A DNA stretch of 64,000 bases. Source: Candidatus Bathyarchaeota archaeon. Lineage in GTDB: Archaea; Thermoproteota; Bathyarchaeia; 40CM-2-53-6. Both the position numbers and the translations under genes were made by a program. The notes beneath the pieces were generated by a model. It was given only the letters and a program-made list of their open reading frames with translations, ran no database searches and was not told where the DNA came from. Below are positions 27,858 through 37,584 of this stretch, one piece after another (the first letter of the stretch is position 1; every line of letters begins with the position of its first letter). The stretch covers positions 11,671 to 75,670 of the forward strand of contig VBBN01000035.1 of NCBI GenBank assembly GCA_005888735.1. Direction: 5' to 3'.

Positions 27858-29681
27858 TCACTGGTCAATCATGGGTCCCAAAGGTTTCGACAGTTTGTTT
27901 GTCGTGGGCATATCGATGACTGACATTGCGACGTTCTTCGAGGGTGTCTGCCCCTGCAGCGGAATAGGGGGAGGGGGTGCTGAACCTAGGAAAACTGCTT
28001 TCGATGACACGTCGGCACCAAGCTCGGGAGCTGTTCTGATTACGAAACCCCCGATTATTCTCACCAGAGCTGCGAAGAGAAACAGGTAGGCCCCCAGGCC
28101 ATATCCCCAGTTGACCATGGTCGTTCCTACCACGTCGAATTGTTGGCTTGCACTTCCGGAGACAGGATTTCCTGCGACTGCTCGCACAAGTGAGTCCAGT
28201 TGAGGTGGAATGTTCGTTCCCGGGAGTAGCCCTGACGCCAGCGGAAGGAAACTTGGTAACTGGTTGATGAAAACGAAGATTAGGATAAAGGGCAGAAGCG
28301 AGCTGATTGCTCCCAGGATGAATTTCGAGCCTAGTCTTCGTCCATTCTTGACTCCGATAATGTCTAGGGCAAGCAGGGCAGTTCCAACGGCCAGAAATAT
28401 TGCGAACGGAATTTGCAGAAGGAACAATGTCGTGAATCCTGAAGTTGAATCACCGCCCGCACCCGTGAACAGGTTAACCTGCACTCCGTGGATTCCATCG
28501 ATGCTCAACAGTGTGACACTTCCGTGTTGAGCAAGCGGTCCTGACTGTGAAGAAGCGGATATGGAGTACCAAGGTAGGAAGAGTGCGACGACCGTAATGA
28601 CGATTGCTACTGCTCCGAATAGCAATCCGATGAGACCTCGGCTCTTCAAGAACTTGCCAAACAGCAAACCTCCCTTCCGGTGAAGCCTAGCGATTCCCAC
28701 GACCTTCCAAGCCCCCCTAACTGCAAGATATGCGGCTACGATGACGACGAGATAGGCGGCGAGAAAAGCGAGAATGAAATAGTTCCCATCAACTCCCAGA
28801 GTAGAGCTAAGGTAGGACTGGGGCTGGGACCATCTGGTTCCGCCTTGGTTGAAGACGGGTCCAAGGGGCCCGGCCCTTCCGAGGACGATTTCTTGATCCG
28901 TCCCGACATATCCCCATCGCCCGGGGAAATCCAGCCAGCTCTGGTCGGAAGTGTGGGAGCCTTTCTCTCCTAAGAGAACAAGTTTGAGGTTGGCAGGGTT
29001 TATCGTTGGGCCGCTATTCTGGACGACATCGTTCTCTACTCCGATTTTTCCTTGGTAGGGTCTGAAATAGTTGGCGTGTGATCCTTGGGCAACATAGACG
29101 ACTGGATGGGTATCTGACTTTTCCACATCGTTCCATGCAGCGTTCTCGCCCGCACCGTGTTGCGAGTACAGTGCGTGTTGAGGGCTGCCAGATGAGTCAA
29201 GGAAAAGTTCAACAACCTCCAAGTCACCTTCATGGTCGTTGAGCGGCCCATTGTTGTACGCGTAGAATAGCCAGTACTGAATAACCGTTGAAGCGGTCCC
29301 ATTAGCGACATGAACATATGTGAAATATCCAAGGCTGCCGACTTTGGATGAGTAGTCATTGGCTATGGCGTCGCGAGTTCCCAGCTTGTTATCAAGGAAG
29401 TAATCCGTCGAGTTGTATGTTCCAAGATTTGATGGAGTTGGGCCCGGGTTGACCAACGTCGATGAGCCGTTGACTAACCTCTGTTTTAGAGCGGAGGCTC
29501 CGATGAGATAGTCTACAGATGTAGGAAAGAATCTCTCACCGGAAGTAAAGTGTAGAACGGGCGCGAAGGTTGAGGCTAGAGACGATGAGCTTTGAGCCCG
29601 CGCAGGAGAAGAACTGTCAAGGCCAGCAAGTGCCGGGAGTAGCAGGATAAGGAGGACGAGGAGCAGGCAAGTCTTCCACAA
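27858..29681 (-). CDS. membrane-anchored exported protein with an N-terminal Vps62/DUF946-like domain and a C-terminal polytopic region
   Basis: Signal peptide MWKTCLLLVLLILLLPALAG. Motif IQYWLFYAYNNGPLNDHEGDLEVVELF matches the Vps62 signature YWFFYPFN...HEGDWEH. C-terminal multi-TM segment. Confidence 0.5.
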   Translation of the reverse strand: MWKTCLLLVLLILLLPALAGLDSSSPARAQSSSSLASTFAPVLHFTSGERFFPTSVDYLIGASALKQRLVNGSSTLVNPGPTPSNLGTYNSTDYFLDNKLGTRDAIANDYSSKVGSLGYFTYVHVANGTASTVIQYWLFYAYNNGPLNDHEGDLEVVELFLDSSGSPQHALYSQHGAGENAAWNDVEKSDTHPVVYVAQGSHANYFRPYQGKIGVENDVVQNSGPTINPANLKLVLLGEKGSHTSDQSWLDFPGRWGYVGTDQEIVLGRAGPLGPVFNQGGTRWSQPQSYLSSTLGVDGNYFILAFLAAYLVVIVAAYLAVRGAWKVVGIARLHRKGGLLFGKFLKSRGLIGLLFGAVAIVITVVALFLPWYSISASSQSGPLAQHGSVTLLSIDGIHGVQVNLFTGAGGDSTSGFTTLFLLQIPFAIFLAVGTALLALDIIGVKNGRRLGSKFILGAISSLLPFILIFVFINQLPSFLPLASGLLPGTNIPPQLDSLVRAVAGNPVSGSASQQFDVVGTTMVNWGYGLGAYLFLFAALVRIIGGFVIRTAPELGADVSSKAVFLGSAPPPPIPLQGQTPSKNVAMSVIDMPTTNKLSKPLGPMIDQ

Positions 29682-29769
29682 ACGCGATTTCCTGCCCGGA
29701 GCAAGTCAGGCTCGCTGGAAGTATTTCGGTAATAAGGCTAGTGCATTTTTTTGGGTTCGAGTGTGAGAA

Positions 29770-30051
29770 TTATCCGGGGTCCTGAGTTTCGTTTGCACTA
29801 GGTTTTTGTTGTGGGTTGAAGTAGACTAACACGCTTGGCTCAGGAGAGCCTCCCTCCAAGAGCTTCCTCATCCAAGCTAAGCCTTGCTGACACCTGTCAT
29901 GGTGCTCTCGTAGCACCGTCGAGGTTATTTTCAACCTGAACCGTAGCCCTACCCAACTCTCAACCTCCTCCACAGGCATTCCACTGCGAACTGTCTCCTC
30001 GATCTCTCTACGCGTCATGTAGGGCAGGTCGCAAACCAGGCAAATTGCCAT
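29770..30051 (-). CDS. small hypothetical protein
   Basis: 93-aa ORF divergent from amt. No family recognised. Confidence 0.3.
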   Translation of the reverse strand: MAICLVCDLPYMTRREIEETVRSGMPVEEVESWVGLRFRLKITSTVLREHHDRCQQGLAWMRKLLEGGSPEPSVLVYFNPQQKPSANETQDPG

Positions 30052-30223
30052 GGGGCATCAAAAGCTGCATGAGTATCTTATTTGTGAGTGAGAACTGAAA
30101 CTGTGGGGGGGTGCCTCCGCTAGAATCGGAGTAGAGGCGTCGGAGGTAAGGGAAACCTCGGGAACTAGGGATAAGGAATCTGCTTGTAACCTTATAGCCA
30201 CTAGGTTCGGGCACGTCCCGGCC

Positions 30224-31669
30224 ATGGCCTCGAGCGGAAGAGTATCTTTGCATTCCCGTCTGGCTGTCCTGTCCAGCAGGAGGCGTCTCGTTCTGTTGGT
30301 TTCCGTTGCTTTCTTGGTTGTAGTGTGGTCGATTCTTGCTGTGCGTGCAGCTACGTATCAGCCTCCGTCAAACCTAGACAAGTATCCAGCTTCCTCCATT
30401 CCACCGTGGCTCGACACCGGAAGCAACGCCTGGATGCTGACAGCCGCGACACTTGTCGGTTTGATGAGCCTGCCCGGGCTGGCAATCTTCTACGGCGGCC
30501 TCGCAAAGAAGAGATTCATTCTCAACACGCTATTCATGATATTCTACGCCTACGCCTCTGTTCTACTCGTGTGGCTGCTCTTTGGATACAACTTCGGTTT
30601 CGGGAAGCCAGGAGTCAAAATTGGCGATTACGGGATACTCGGAATTCCCACTCCAGCCTTGGATGCCTCTTTCCTGGGCTCCCAAGCGGCAATAGGTCCC
30701 GCCCAAGTCTCGTACAATATTCCTATGCCATCCATGGTCTTCTTCCAGTTCGTATTCGCCGCCATTACGCCTGGGTTGTTCGCCGGAGCCGTCATTGAAA
30801 GAATCAGCTTCAAGGCTTGGATGATATTCGTCCCACTTTGGTCGCTGCTTGTTTACAGTCCACTCGCCTACTGGCTCTTCGCTGGTGGGTGGCTGAATCA
30901 GCTTGGCGCGGTAGATTTCTCAGGCGGTTATGTAATTCATCTGTCCGCAGGGATCACGGCCTTAGCCGCTGCCCTGGCAGTAGGACCTAGACTCGCCTCG
31001 GATAGACGTATCAAACCCCACAATGTAACACTTGTATTCATCGGCGCGGGGATTCTCTGGCTCGGCTGGAACGGCTTCAACGGAGGAGACCCCTACGGCG
31101 CCACCATCGATGCTGCGATCGCGGTTCTCAACACTGAGCTAGCCGGGGCAACCAGTGTAATCGCTTGGATGTTGTTGGATATGAAGTTCAAACACAAGCC
31201 CACTTTGATAGGTGCTACAACTGCAGCCGTTACGGGCTTGGTCGCGATCACCCCCGCGGCGGGATACGTCAACGGTTGGGGGGCCCTCATCATCGGAATT
31301 GCGGCGGGCACCATTCCTTGGGCGGCAACCGAAAAACTTGCACCGAGACTGAAGCTAGATGACGCCTTGGGAGTGTTCCCAGCCCACGGGGTCGCAGGCT
31401 TGACTGGGGGACTCTTAGCAGGAATTCTCGCGGACCCAGCCGTTACTCAGTTCGTCTACCCTGGCCTTACCGGTGCACTTTATGGTAACCTCTACGAACT
31501 GGGAATACAGGCTCTGGCTGCCTTAGTGGTAGTTGCCTATGTCTTCCCTGTATCATATGCTCTTCTAAAGGTGATAAGCCGGTTCACACCGCTCAAAGAG
31601 AGCGAGGAAAAACTGAAAGTTGGAGACGCTGCGATTCACGGAGAAATTGGGATTGACCTTGGCGACTGA
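30224..31669 (+). CDS. amt: ammonium transporter (Amt family)
   Basis: [26 protein letters not shown] signature, 11-TM profile, N-terminal signal-like segment. No glnK follows. Confidence 0.85.
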   Translation: MASSGRVSLHSRLAVLSSRRRLVLLVSVAFLVVVWSILAVRAATYQPPSNLDKYPASSIPPWLDTGSNAWMLTAATLVGLMSLPGLAIFYGGLAKKRFILNTLFMIFYAYASVLLVWLLFGYNFGFGKPGVKIGDYGILGIPTPALDASFLGSQAAIGPAQVSYNIPMPSMVFFQFVFAAITPGLFAGAVIERISFKAWMIFVPLWSLLVYSPLAYWLFAGGWLNQLGAVDFSGGYVIHLSAGITALAAALAVGPRLASDRRIKPHNVTLVFIGAGILWLGWNGFNGGDPYGATIDAAIAVLNTELAGATSVIAWMLLDMKFKHKPTLIGATTAAVTGLVAITPAAGYVNGWGALIIGIAAGTIPWAATEKLAPRLKLDDALGVFPAHGVAGLTGGLLAGILADPAVTQFVYPGLTGALYGNLYELGIQALAALVVVAYVFPVSYALLKVISRFTPLKESEEKLKVGDAAIHGEIGIDLGD

Positions 31670-31806
31670 AGTCGGCCTTCCCTAATCACGAACAGAAATT
31701 TTCAGAGTCAAGAATGAGGCAGGACCATTTATAGCACTGGTGAAAAACAGAATCGCGTAGTCTAAAACTCGAAATCTTTCTTTTTTGTTCCCTTTCAGAG
31801 CTTTCG

Positions 31807-32310
31807 CTAGGCTACGTAGTTTCTGTATTCCTTCTCGAATTCTTTCACAATCTCGAATTTGGGCAGTCTTCGAGTCCTGAGTTCTCCGTGGTGCTGGAAG
31901 CTCATCTCCGGGAAAACGATGGCAGGACCATCGACCGCCAGTTTGGTTGCCGGATGATCGGGGCCCAGTATCCGCCCGCAGATCTCACGTGTGAGCTTCC
32001 GAACCTGTCCCTCGTCCACATAACCGAGGGTGTGAAGGTACTCGTGAAGCAGTGTATAGTACACGTAAGCGTTTACCTGTCGTCTGTCCTTCGCTATGTG
32101 TGTGACTTGGTCTAGGAGGAGTCTGTTCATTACGATGAAATTGGAGCCTATCTGGTGAAAGGCGCCGATGTACTCGGGAAGGTCAGCCAGGCCTAGCATC
32201 AGTCCGGTTCGTCTCCTTCCTAGGCTGCTCTTGACAGAAGTCTTGACCAACTGGAAGACTTCTGAGAAGTTGAAGCTTCGGTCAAGGCTTTCAGATGTGT
32301 TCATCGGCAA
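31807..32310 (-). CDS. putative small zinc metallopeptidase (HExxHxxGxxD motif)
   Basis: LLHEYLHTLGYVDEG has the metzincin/snapalysin-like spacing. 167 aa. No other family motif. Confidence 0.4.
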   Translation of the reverse strand: MPMNTSESLDRSFNFSEVFQLVKTSVKSSLGRRRTGLMLGLADLPEYIGAFHQIGSNFIVMNRLLLDQVTHIAKDRRQVNAYVYYTLLHEYLHTLGYVDEGQVRKLTREICGRILGPDHPATKLAVDGPAIVFPEMSFQHHGELRTRRLPKFEIVKEFEKEYRNYVA

Positions 32311-32530
32311 CCCCCATAACGAATTGTCAGGGTGAGCTAGAGAGCCCGAGGCGCTTATTTAAGGACTGGATTTCTGAAAACTGATTCGGGGAGGCTTCTC
32401 GGGCCACACTAGGGAAGAGTGGAAGAGAATAGTCGATGCGGTTGAAACCTCTGTCCCTCTCTACGAGACTATTAGCGAGAGGATCTCCCTAAACCTCGCG
32501 AGCTCACTTAGGCGACGGGCGGTCTCCTTA

Positions 32531-33118
32531 TTGTTGCGGAGGAGGCGTGACTGGGTCCTCGATTCGGGTGCCGGTCCGGGTGTTTCAACTAGCTTATTGG
32601 TTGAGTATGGGTTTGAGAAGGTTGTTGCTCTGGACCCTTCTGTGAAGCTGCTCAGGTTTGCGAGGTCGAAGCTCGGGGGTGGTTTCGAACCTGTTGTCGG
32701 GACGGCTGAATGCTTGCCTTTCAAACCTCATTCTTTCGGGGCGGTCCTTACATGTTTCTCGCTGAGAGATGTCAGAGACTTGGCTCGCAGTCTACAAGAG
32801 TTCGCCCAAGCCGGGAACCCTGGGTGTCTTCTCGCCATTGTCGATGTAGGAAAACCTGATGCCGCTCTTGCTCGCACTCTGGTTGGTCTTTACATCAGGC
32901 ACGTCATGCCGGTGCTCACGAGACTGTTGGTGCGCAATCGCCTCGTAGGAAATCCCTTCAGAATGATTGTCCCGACATTCGACCGACTGGTGACAAACCA
33001 GACTCTCGTGGCCACTGTCCAAGAGAAGTTTGCGAGTGCAAAACTGGCCGAGTCTCTTTTGGGGGGACTGATCCTCATAGAAGGAGTCGGAACAGCACCT
33101 TTGGACTCCCCCGATTGA
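32531..33118 (+). CDS. class I SAM-dependent methyltransferase (UbiE/MenG-like). Conserved N-terminal region continues in frame upstream to 32378 without a canonical start.
   Basis: Motif I VLDSGAGPG. Upstream in-frame ...WKRIVDAVETSVPLYETISERISLNLASSLRRRAV resembles a UbiE N-terminus. Confidence 0.65.
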   Translation: MLRRRRDWVLDSGAGPGVSTSLLVEYGFEKVVALDPSVKLLRFARSKLGGGFEPVVGTAECLPFKPHSFGAVLTCFSLRDVRDLARSLQEFAQAGNPGCLLAIVDVGKPDAALARTLVGLYIRHVMPVLTRLLVRNRLVGNPFRMIVPTFDRLVTNQTLVATVQEKFASAKLAESLLGGLILIEGVGTAPLDSPD

Positions 33119-33531
33119 AAGGCCATCCTTCCCCGTTCAACCTTCCTAACTTGGTCTCCCCGAGGCTGTGAAAGTAATCAGTGGACGACAAGCGTGAATC
33201 GCCCAGAACAAGCCCTGAATCGTAATCTGTCAGCGATTAGTTACGCTCCCCCGTGATGGTGTTAAGGAAAGCCTAACTATTCCATAGTCCGAAAATTCTA
33301 GACTTGCCCATAACACGCCCTGTCAGCTGATACTCGCCCGTTCTCCCCGCCTGACAGAAAACGAGCCCAGAAAAAATGACAGGGTACGGACGCGGCCGTT
33401 TGAGACGTGAGAGACGCTAGCCAGCCACATGAGAGAAGTCCTTCGAACAAGCCGCCCGCCTCAAACGTTTTTCGCACCTCTCTTTCGCTTTAGGACTAGC
33501 CAGTCTACATTTCAGACTGGACCGGGAAGCT

Positions 33532-35784
33532 TTGAAGAGTCTAGGCTGGGTTTTCGACCTTTACCATCAAAACGGCCAGATGATAGTCTGGCTGAAGAAA
33601 GATAACGGTAGCTGCGTACGGCTCGTTGACCAGTGGAGGCCACGAGTCTACATCGCAGGCGAAACTCGAGATCTACTAGAGCTCGCTTGCAGGGACGAGT
33701 TTACCACGTCACGGCTTGTTTGGAAATATGAGCAGCCTGGCGACATTGAAAAGACTCGAGCATTGGAAGTAGAGGTCGAAGGCGATCGTGAAGCCTTAGC
33801 GCTCGCGGAGAGAATCGAGAGAAACGGCCGCTATTCCATGTTCCGTCTCTACAATGTTGATATTCCACCATCCCAAATGTACCTCTACGAGAAAAACCTC
33901 TTTCCACTCGCATACGTGGAAGTGGAACAATGCGAAGGAAAGGTTCACTGGTCACTAAAAGATTCGAGAGAAGCGGTAGACTATGAACTCCCACATTTCA
34001 AAACCATCACAGTCCAAGTAAAGACAGCGACCGATAGAAGGATCCAAGGCTTCGCAGACGAGCTTAAGTCTTTACGCATTTCCTCCGAGGATGAAGCTCT
34101 AACGATAGATTCTGGCAGCGAGGCTGAGAAGCTCGCAGAAACCTCCAAGGCATTCCAAGAATTAGACCCTGATATTGTTCGCACAGAAGGCGGAGACTCT
34201 TTCATCTTTCCCTACCTGGCCGGTAGAGCTCGAAAGAACAATGTCCTCGCCAAGCTTGTGCTGGGCCGCGAGCCCTCACCCCTCAACGTGTACAGCGTGC
34301 AGGGGCACAGCTACTTCTCGTATGGAAAGATACTGTACCGTGAGACAGCAGTCCGGCTCCCAGGAAGGCTGCACCTAGACCAGACGAACGCCTACATCAG
34401 CAACGACTGCGACCTTGAGGGACTCTTCGAAGTCTCGAGAACTTGCATAATCCCAGTCCAACGCGCGTCAAGAGCAACAATCGGGACGAGCATGACCTCG
34501 CTCCAACTCTACAACGCTGTAAAACAGGAGGTCCTCATTCCCTGGAACAAGAACAAGGCTGAAGACTGGAAGAGAGACGAGGAACTGATCGTCGCTGATA
34601 GAGGGGGCTTCATCTACGAACCCCAAACAGGCGTCCACGACAATATCGGAGAGCTGGACTTTTCCTCCCTCTACCCAATGGTTATGCTACAACAAAACTT
34701 GAGCGGAGAAACCGTTGGATGCTCCTGCTGCCGTGATTCTGCCTACAGAGTCCCGGAACTAGGCTACAACATATGCCAGCGCTGGCAGGGCATCGTCCCG
34801 CGCAGCCTCGAAATTCTCCTCGCGAAAAGAGCAGCCTACAAGAAACTCAAAGAAAACGCGGACCCACCACCCGCGGAGGTATATTCGAAACGCCAAGCCG
34901 CGCTGAAATGGATCCTAGTCTGCTCATAGCCGCCTAGTAAGCGGCGGGCAATCGGCTACCTGGGGTTCAAGAACGCTCGGTTCGGAAAAATTGACGCGCA
35001 CATTGCAACCTGCGCCTTCTCTCGGAGGGTATTGAAACAAGCGATAGAAATCGTGGAAGCGCACGGGTTCGAAATAGTTCACGCTATTGTGGACTCAATG
35101 TGGCTTCGCAAGCCCGGATCCACTCGAGAGGAGTACGAGGACGTCTGCGAGGAGCTTAGAGACCGATTGAACCTTCCCATCAGCTTCGAAGGCCGGTATA
35201 AATGGATCGTTTTCCTCAACTCAAAAGTTGACCGGCAAGCTGCAGTGCTGAACCGGTATTATGGAGTCTTCGAAGACAAGACTTTGAAAGTTAGAGGGAT
35301 AGAATTGAGAAAACACGACACGCCGAGAATAGTGCAGAGGTGTCAAGACAAGATGCTGAAAGTATTCTCTAAAGCCTCCGATTCGCAAGAGTTCCACGAA
35401 CTAGTTCCCGAGGCCTTGAAAGTGCTCATAGAGCATGTTTCAATGGTTAGACAAGACAAAATTCCGATAGAGGATTTGGTTGTTGTCAAGAGTCTGAGCA
35501 AGAACCCCGGAGAGTACACGAACCTTGTCCCCCAGGCCATCGCGGCTCGACAGATTCAGAGAGAAGGAGGCTCGGTCCATTGTGGACAGAGCATCAGTTA
35601 CGTTCTCACATTCGACAAGTCCAGCGTAGAAAACAACCGTGCCAGGCCCTCACAGCTCTTGGATGAGAGCACACCCTATGACAAGCTGTGGTACGAGGAT
35701 CTGCTAGTCTCTTCTGCAGCGAACCTCTTGATGCCCTTCGGACTTGACAAGGTGCAAATCAAACATCTACTCCATGACGGCTAG
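33532..35784 (+). CDS. family-B DNA polymerase homolog with degenerate catalytic motif C (inactivated PolB-like), interrupted by one in-frame TAG at 34927-34929
   Basis: Motif A DFSSLYPMVM. Motif B region AIGYLGFKNARFG lies immediately after the TAG in the same frame. Motif C is HAIVDS instead of YxDTDS. The two ORFs (33532..34929 and 35032..35784) share one frame. Confidence 0.75.
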
Positions 35785-35914
35785 CCTCTAGGCATTTCTA
35801 AAACCAAAGAATGCAACCCTCCACCTAGGACCATAGGCGTCACTCTACTGCCACGTGTATAGTACAGGCCGCATCAAATACCAGAAGAGGACTACCTAAG
35901 CACTGGTAAGAAAA

Positions 35915-36442
35915 ATGTCCAAATCTGCATCAACCAGCTTCATCTTCGCCAACTGCAAAGGTGCTATCACCAATACCATAAACCAGATACGAAGAATCAG
36001 CAACGTCGAAACTGTGACACCCGTCACTGGCCGTTTCGACCTCGTCATCAAGCTCCGAACTAACGAGCCAACGAAAGCCTTCAACGTGCTTGAGAGAATC
36101 AGAGGTATCAAAAACATCACTAACACTCAGACAGCGCTATCCTTCCAATCTATTTCGAGCGGGACTTCGAGGGCTTCGGAAGAGGACGAGCAACCTCTCG
36201 CCTTTGCGCTAGTGAAGGTGAAAGGGGCTTTCCAGAATGTTCTTCGAAGGATCAAGTCCTTCCCGAACTTTCTAGAGGCTCATGTGATCCCTGGAGAGTT
36301 CGACGTCGTCGCCGCTTTCAAAGGCTACAGCCACGAGGAGCTCTTGGAGAATTCCGTTGAGAAGCTCAACACTATCAATGGAATAACCTCTAGCGAGACC
36401 CTCATCGCCTGGAACCCCACCAACGCCACCAGCACATACTAA
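35915..36442 (+). CDS. stand-alone tandem RAM (Lrp/AsnC C-terminal ligand-binding) domain protein
   Basis: Two repeats resembling the AsnC-type regulatory fold (…GRFDLVIKLRTNEP…, …GEFDVVAAFKGYSHEEL…). No HTH. Confidence 0.45.
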   Translation: MSKSASTSFIFANCKGAITNTINQIRRISNVETVTPVTGRFDLVIKLRTNEPTKAFNVLERIRGIKNITNTQTALSFQSISSGTSRASEEDEQPLAFALVKVKGAFQNVLRRIKSFPNFLEAHVIPGEFDVVAAFKGYSHEELLENSVEKLNTINGITSSETLIAWNPTNATSTY

Positions 36443-36525
36443 ACTCGGCCTGGAAGCCAGAACTCAGCTTCCTTCTCCTTTTTTTTCTTGACTAACCTGT
36501 TGTTGAAGTCTTAACCGGTTTTTTT

Positions 36526-37563
36526 TCACCGCGCTGCGATTTTCCTGTTAGACCTCTGATTTCGTGAGGATAGACTCCCATCGTCCACTGCAAGTAATCC
36601 ACTCGCCCAAGTCGCGGGTTCCGGTTCAGCATAGTCGCAACGTCCTTCAAGGGTTACTTGAGAGCCCTCAATTCTTGCGGGTGCATGGGCAGCTCGGAGC
36701 AATATGTTCTCCATTTCCCTGTTACGTGATTGGAGAGTTGTCGTGAGGATGATTGTTTCTGTTTGTTCCGCGATCGCTCTTAGGAGCCTGACGCCTTTGG
36801 CGAAAAGGTTGATAGATTCTTTCGCGTTTTTTACATCGGGGTCACAGTAGAGCTGCGTTATGTCTGAAACAACGGTGAACTTCGTGTTGTAGCGGTCTAT
36901 TCCATTGCGAAGTCGGGTGACAAGTGAATCCACTTGGTGGTGTGTGAAAGCCCTGCTGAGATGAATACGCTCATGTACCTTCCTATGATCTAAACCAAGG
37001 ATTGTTGCATAATGGTCTATTGCGTAAGAGTCGAACATGTTTCCGCCATCGATGAAAATGCAGTCACTGTTAAGACCCTCAGGCTCTGGAAGGATGGCCC
37101 TTACGCAAAGTAGGTGGCTGAAGCTAAGTGATGGCTCTCCATGAAGAGAGACTAGTTGCCCTTTCCTAATTACGAGGACCCGGTCGAAGTATTCGACCCC
37201 TGTTCTCAGGCTTTGCCTCAAGTTCCGCGTCAAACGATTACCCCTCACGAGGCTTAGAGTGAAAGGATCTGAGGGCGGGACAATACTGTCTGGGTCAGAG
37301 CAGTTGGTATTGGTGTAGAGAGCTGCTCCATCCGGGACTTTGAAAGGGTCGCGTTTTAGGTTGTTTTCTAGCTCGAAGCCGCATCCGGGGCACGTGTTAT
37401 CGAAGATAAGGACTATTTTGAGGGGATGGATATCTCTCGCTGTGAGGATTAGAGCTTCATCGCATAAACCGCAGTAGTAGAGTTGCCCTTGTGCTCCTTT
37501 TTCAGGCTGGTTTATTTGCCATGTTTTTGGTGCGAGCGGTTGCCCAGTTAGCTTTGCTGCCAT
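36526..37563 (-). CDS. RadA/RadB-like RecA-fold paralog with N-terminal zinc ribbon and degenerate Walker A (predicted ATPase-inactive)
   Basis: CGLC...CPGC at the N-terminus. LHGEPSLSFSHLLC where GPPGSGKT is expected. Retains IDGGNMFD, VVSDITQLY and TIILTTTLQS RadB-like blocks. Immediately downstream of radA. Confidence 0.5.
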   Translation of the reverse strand: MAAKLTGQPLAPKTWQINQPEKGAQGQLYYCGLCDEALILTARDIHPLKIVLIFDNTCPGCGFELENNLKRDPFKVPDGAALYTNTNCSDPDSIVPPSDPFTLSLVRGNRLTRNLRQSLRTGVEYFDRVLVIRKGQLVSLHGEPSLSFSHLLCVRAILPEPEGLNSDCIFIDGGNMFDSYAIDHYATILGLDHRKVHERIHLSRAFTHHQVDSLVTRLRNGIDRYNTKFTVVSDITQLYCDPDVKNAKESINLFAKGVRLLRAIAEQTETIILTTTLQSRNREMENILLRAAHAPARIEGSQVTLEGRCDYAEPEPATWASGLLAVDDGSLSSRNQRSNRKIAAR

Positions 37564-37584
37564 TCCGGGCCCAATTGAGCGTTC

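Noticed and set aside
30224-31669. Expected glnK downstream of amt
   Set aside because: The downstream ORF is on the opposite strand and has an HExxH motif, not a PII fold. No PII gene is present in the window.
34927-34929. In-frame TAG in PolB read as pyrrolysine
   Set aside because: TAG is a frequent ordinary stop in this window (4569, 6136, 35032, 44924, 50752 and 52313 genes). No pyl genes were seen. Pyrrolysine-encoding archaea strongly avoid TAG stops. Error, pseudogene or read-through is more likely.
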